NCBI GenBank assembly: GCA_964402035.1
Contig: CAYOAM010000003.1
Location: forward strand, 86,480-150,479
Reading direction: 5' to 3'
DNA length: 64,000 nt
From: an uncultured Candidatus Saccharibacteria bacterium
GTDB lineage: Bacteria > Patescibacteriota > Minisyncoccia > Phycocordibacterales > UBA918
Positions 60,494 through 64,000 of this stretch are shown here, in pieces. Numbering within the stretch: the stretch's first letter is position 1; every line of letters starts with the position of its first letter. Made by a program: the position numbers and the translations under genes. Under the pieces are notes generated by a model, which worked only from the letters and a program-made list of their open reading frames with translations, had not been told where the DNA came from and did no database searches.

Positions 60494-62242
60494 TTATTCC
60501 GAAATAACACGGAGAACTTCTTCTATGGAAGTACGTTTTTGTGCAGCCTTAAAAATCCCATCTTCAACCATCGTCAACATCCCCTCTTTTCGCGCTTGTA
60601 CTTGGATCTCATCTGCCGTTGCATTGCGCATCACCATCTCTTTGAGTGAATTGCTCATGAGCAGTACTTCGTGAATACCGATTCGTCCCTTGTACCCATC
60701 CTCACACTCCGTTGACGCTTTCGGTCGATAAAACGGAATGTTGTTCCACTTTGTTTTTTCATCAATTACTTTTTCGTCGCGCATCACCTGCATCACATGT
60801 TCAAAATCAACATGCTTATCAAGATCCGCCTTCTCTTCTGCCGATAGAAAATATTCTTCTGCTTCGCCACAAAGCTGTCGCACCAAACGCTGCCCGATGA
60901 TGACGCGCAGTGTCGATACGAGGAGAAATGGTTCCATACCCATGTCGCTCAAACGAGCGACTGTTGCGGCAGCTGAGTTCGTGTGCACGGTTGCAAAGAG
61001 CAAGTGTCCCGTGAGCGCTGCATTGACGGCAAGTGACGCCGTTTCTGTATCGCGAATTTCTCCAACCATGATAACGTCAGGGTCTTGACGCATGAGTGAA
61101 CGCAGACCATTCGCAAAGGTGAAGCCCACATTGGGACGCACCTGCGTCTGGTTGATGCGAGGCATCTGATACTCGATCGGATCTTCAATGGTTGAGATAT
61201 TCACTTCGGGCGTATTCAAAACATCGAGCGCAGTGTAGAGCGTTGTTGTCTTTCCAGAACCCGTCGGACCAGTAACCAAGATCATACCCGTCGTTTGCTT
61301 TGTTGCACGATGAATACGCTCGAGTGATTCTCCATGGAAACCTAAACCTTCGAGCGTATAGCCATTGCGCCCTTCACGCAACAGACGCATGACGATCTTT
61401 TCCCCAAAATAGACTGGGAGAACCGACACGCGAAATGCGACTTTCTGTCCCTCAACTTCCATTTTAAATCGTCCGTCTTGCGGTACTCGTTTTTCATCGA
61501 GCTTGAGGTTTGAAAGCACCTTGATACGCGCAACAATCGTTGGCGCAGCACGAGGTGGCAGCGTCATAGCGTCTCGCAAAATACCGTCGATACGATAACG
61601 GACCAGCACCTCGTTCTCCATCGGCTCAATGTGAATATCTGACGCATTCTGCATGATGGCATGCCGCAAGAGTGTATCGACAATACGCACTACCGGCAGA
61701 TCTTCCGCCATTTTCTTGAGATCTTCCTCACTCGTCTCATCGCCCCCTTCCTCCAAGACCTTGAGCGCAGCCGTCTCCTTCATAATGATGTCGCCAAACT
61801 CATCCTTGAGCGTTTTTTGGTACTGACGAAGCGCAATTTTCATTGACTCCGTGTCTGTGAGTCGTGGCAAAATCTTGAGTCCCACCTTTTTCTTAATAAA
61901 ATCGATCGCGGGAAGATCAGCAGTATCGAGCATCGCAACCTCAAGTGAGTCTGCGTGTTTCTCAAATGCAATAATGTTGTGGTTGCGCGCAACCGGTTCG
62001 GGGATGAGCGAGAGCACCTCAAAATCAATCTTGCGATCGGCAAGTGCAATAAACGGAATCCCTAGAACATATGACTCGACACGACGAAGATCATCTTCAC
62101 TGATCGAACCTTGGTTCACGAGCGCTGTTGCAAGCGAGATGTGACTATCTTTTGCAATTTTCGCTGCCGCATCAATATCTTTTTGAGATACGAGGCCGGA
62201 GTCTAGAATGAACCGCTTCAATTGTGTGTCTTGTATACGCAT
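60494..62242 (-). CDS. pilB: PilB/GspE family ATPase (copy 2)
   Basis: ASDIHIEP, PQDGR, GPTGSGKTT, MRQDPD, LTGH. Confidence 0.92.
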   Translation of the reverse strand: MRIQDTQLKRFILDSGLVSQKDIDAAAKIAKDSHISLATALVNQGSISEDDLRRVESYVLGIPFIALADRKIDFEVLSLIPEPVARNHNIIAFEKHADSLEVAMLDTADLPAIDFIKKKVGLKILPRLTDTESMKIALRQYQKTLKDEFGDIIMKETAALKVLEEGGDETSEEDLKKMAEDLPVVRIVDTLLRHAIMQNASDIHIEPMENEVLVRYRIDGILRDAMTLPPRAAPTIVARIKVLSNLKLDEKRVPQDGRFKMEVEGQKVAFRVSVLPVYFGEKIVMRLLREGRNGYTLEGLGFHGESLERIHRATKQTTGMILVTGPTGSGKTTTLYTALDVLNTPEVNISTIEDPIEYQMPRINQTQVRPNVGFTFANGLRSLMRQDPDVIMVGEIRDTETASLAVNAALTGHLLFATVHTNSAAATVARLSDMGMEPFLLVSTLRVIIGQRLVRQLCGEAEEYFLSAEEKADLDKHVDFEHVMQVMRDEKVIDEKTKWNNIPFYRPKASTECEDGYKGRIGIHEVLLMSNSLKEMVMRNATADEIQVQARKEGMLTMVEDGIFKAAQKRTSIEEVLRVISE

Positions 62243-62394
62243 AGCGCACTCACCAAAAGTGAAGTGAATGACTTTAGTATAGCAAGCACTCGCAGAAAAA
62301 AATGCACACAATTATTTTTTACGTGTATAAAAAATAATTGTGTGCCGAAGCAAATGCCCCGTGCATAAAACGCAGCAAAATTGTTTGAGCACTT

Positions 62395-62949
62395 CTAGCT
62401 CGCCATCCGCATTTTGTCTGGCGTATCTGGTCGCAATGTATGAATTATGCGCTCCACTAAAAAGACAGGACTACTTGCATCATCAGGAGTAATGAGCAAC
62501 CTATCACCTCGTTCATCTTTCAAAGGATTTTTGGTGATGTCGAATAAAATACGCGCACCTCGTTCATCTTCAATAAAACAATCGACACCATGTTTGGTAT
62601 CTAACAAGGAACCACGCGAATCAAACAAAGTCAGATGATCCAACCCCTTCTCTTGAAGTAGATGTAGAATTCTGCCCATCACGCTATGCACCGGAGGCAC
62701 TATAGGCCCACGTGCATGTACAAATCTCAGTGCATGCAGGAAATCATCATATTTTTCTAAAGTTTTTGAAAACCGGAACTGAGAAGGGCCCAGCACATCA
62801 TCTTCAAACTGATGACCTGTCTCATCTGAATATAAATCCTCTACACTTTTAATACTCTCACCAGCTGTTGAAACACCTCTCACATTTTCTTTTCGAACGA
62901 GCTGTGGAACCGGTGGTTTTGCTCTGAAATTTTGTTCCCCTAAACGCAT
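62395..62949 (-). CDS. Hypothetical protein (possible PD-(D/E)xK-like acidic motif)
   Basis: TGCTATACT 6 nt before ATG 62949; D..GVD.F...FDIT.N. Confidence 0.6.
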   Translation of the reverse strand: MRLGEQNFRAKPPVPQLVRKENVRGVSTAGESIKSVEDLYSDETGHQFEDDVLGPSQFRFSKTLEKYDDFLHALRFVHARGPIVPPVHSVMGRILHLLQEKGLDHLTLFDSRGSLLDTKHGVDCFIEDERGARILFDITKNPLKDERGDRLLITPDDASSPVFLVERIIHTLRPDTPDKMRMAS

Positions 62950-63136
62950 AGGGATAGTATAGCAATAATTTTGTACATGCCTCAATTCTAGAATCAATAC
63001 TATAGCAGTAACGTTTCTATTTTTTGACAAACCCAAAAAAGAGAGTACTATGAGGGGACCTGTTTCTGTCGACCGCGCGGTCGGCATTTTTGTTAGGAAA
63101 CTGCGGGAAATTTTATAAAAATACCAAGTAAAATAA

Positions 63137-63259
63137 GGGTTTTTATAAAATCGATGCCATACGAGACGCCGACGAGTAAAGATCCCGAGGCGTATTTGAT
63201 ATACGATGAGGGTCTTTGCAAGGAAGGCAACGATGTAGGGCGCGATTTTAGGAAAACCC
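63137..63259 (+). repeat. ~123-bp structured hairpin element, copy B
   Basis: GGGTTTTTATAAAATCG / CGATTTTAGGAAAACCC inverted ends; core matches 8850-8973. Confidence 0.8.
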
Positions 63260-63269
63260 GCACCATATT

Positions 63270-64000
63270 ATGTTTGATTTAAAGGTAATAAATTCGGTAA
63301 TCGATCAACTCGAAGAAGAGCGGGGTATTCCACGTGCCAAAATGATCGATGCCGTGGAGCAAGCGCTCGCAACCGCCTATAAAAAGGAGTTTGGGAAACG
63401 CGGACAGATCGTACGTGCCAAGTTTGATATTACAACTGGCACCACGGAGTTCAACCAGATCAAGATTGTAGTGGATGAAACGACCATTTTTGAGAGCGAT
63501 GAAGCGCTCCCTGAAGAGCCAGAGCGCGACCGCCGTGAGTCTCGCGAAGCCGCCGAAAAAGTACCCACCGAAGACGCACGTGTACGCTTTGACCCTGAAA
63601 AACACATAATGATCGCTGATGCGCGCTATATAAAGAACGATGTGAAAGTGGGCGACGAACTGGTGTTCCCGCTTGAGTCAAAGGACGACTTTGGTCGTAT
63701 TGCCGCACAAACTGCTAAGCAGGTCATCATCCAGAAGATTCGTGAAGCAGAAAAAGAGTCAGCACTTGCTGAATTTGAAAAGAAAGAAGGCGAAATTATC
63801 GTTGGTATAGTGCAGCGCTTTGAACGCGGCAATCTCTATGTAGATCTCGGACGTATAACGGGCGTGATGCCATACGACCAGCAGATCCCCGGGGAACGCT
63901 ACCGACCAGGTGAGCGCATCCGTGCACTTCTCCTCTCGGTTGAAGAAACACCACGCGGCATTTTCCTCAAATTGTCACGATCACACCCTGATTTCCTCGC
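63270..64000 (+). CDS. nusA: Transcription factor NusA (partial, runs off window end)
   Basis: Manual translation: MFDLKVINSVIDQLEEERGI...ALATAYKK...FGRIAAQTAKQVIIQKIRE, then an S1 domain. Confidence 0.93.
   Translation, partial: MFDLKVINSVIDQLEEERGIPRAKMIDAVEQALATAYKKEFGKRGQIVRAKFDITTGTTEFNQIKIVVDETTIFESDEALPEEPERDRRESREAAEKVPTEDARVRFDPEKHIMIADARYIKNDVKVGDELVFPLESKDDFGRIAAQTAKQVIIQKIREAEKESALAEFEKKEGEIIVGIVQRFERGNLYVDLGRITGVMPYDQQIPGERYRPGERIRALLLSVEETPRGIFLKLSRSHPDFL

Noticed and set aside
63279-63832. Minus-strand ORFs at the window end
   Set aside because: They are antisense shadows of nusA.
1-64000. Alternative genetic code (UGA readthrough, code 25)
   Set aside because: Conserved genes such as pilD, recG and tpiA end at TGA at their expected C-termini, and no conserved gene is interrupted by TGA.

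Overview
This is a 64-kb chromosomal window from a small-genome bacterium using genetic code 11. Gene content and protein signatures suggest Patescibacteria/CPR (Parcubacteria-like), which is an inference. It carries two type IV pilus/competence loci (pilD, pilins, pilC, pilT, pilB, pilMNO, comF; and a second pilB-pilC-minor pilin set) and a split comEC. Housekeeping genes include recG, recJ, rnhA, ftsH, smpB with tmRNA, infC-rpmI-rplT, a fragmented str operon (rpsL-rpsG // fusA // tuf-rpsJ), rpmB, pgk-tpiA, malic enzyme, a MacAB-type ABC exporter, SOD, a membrane fatty-acid desaturase and partial nusA. RNA genes are tRNA-Ser(GCT), an unusual tRNA-Ile(TAT) and tmRNA. The most unusual signals are non-coding. 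(1) All three stable-RNA genes are followed by sequence antisense to their own 3' ends. tRNA-Ser and tmRNA also have exact duplicated termini separated by hairpin-rich spacers that share a motif, and a HTH-LAGLIDADG-like gene abuts tRNA-Ile. (2) Two copies of a ~124-bp structured element with a conserved core and covarying outer stems lie at 8850-8973 and 63137-63259. (3) One 16-bp palindrome occurs both in the tRNA-Ser spacer and inside the recG coding sequence. Also notable are S12 with K43R plus a one-residue deletion, a tandem array of three paralogous secreted-type proteins between fusA and tuf, and widespread leaderless gene starts. No CRISPR array, rRNA, integrase or transposase was seen.
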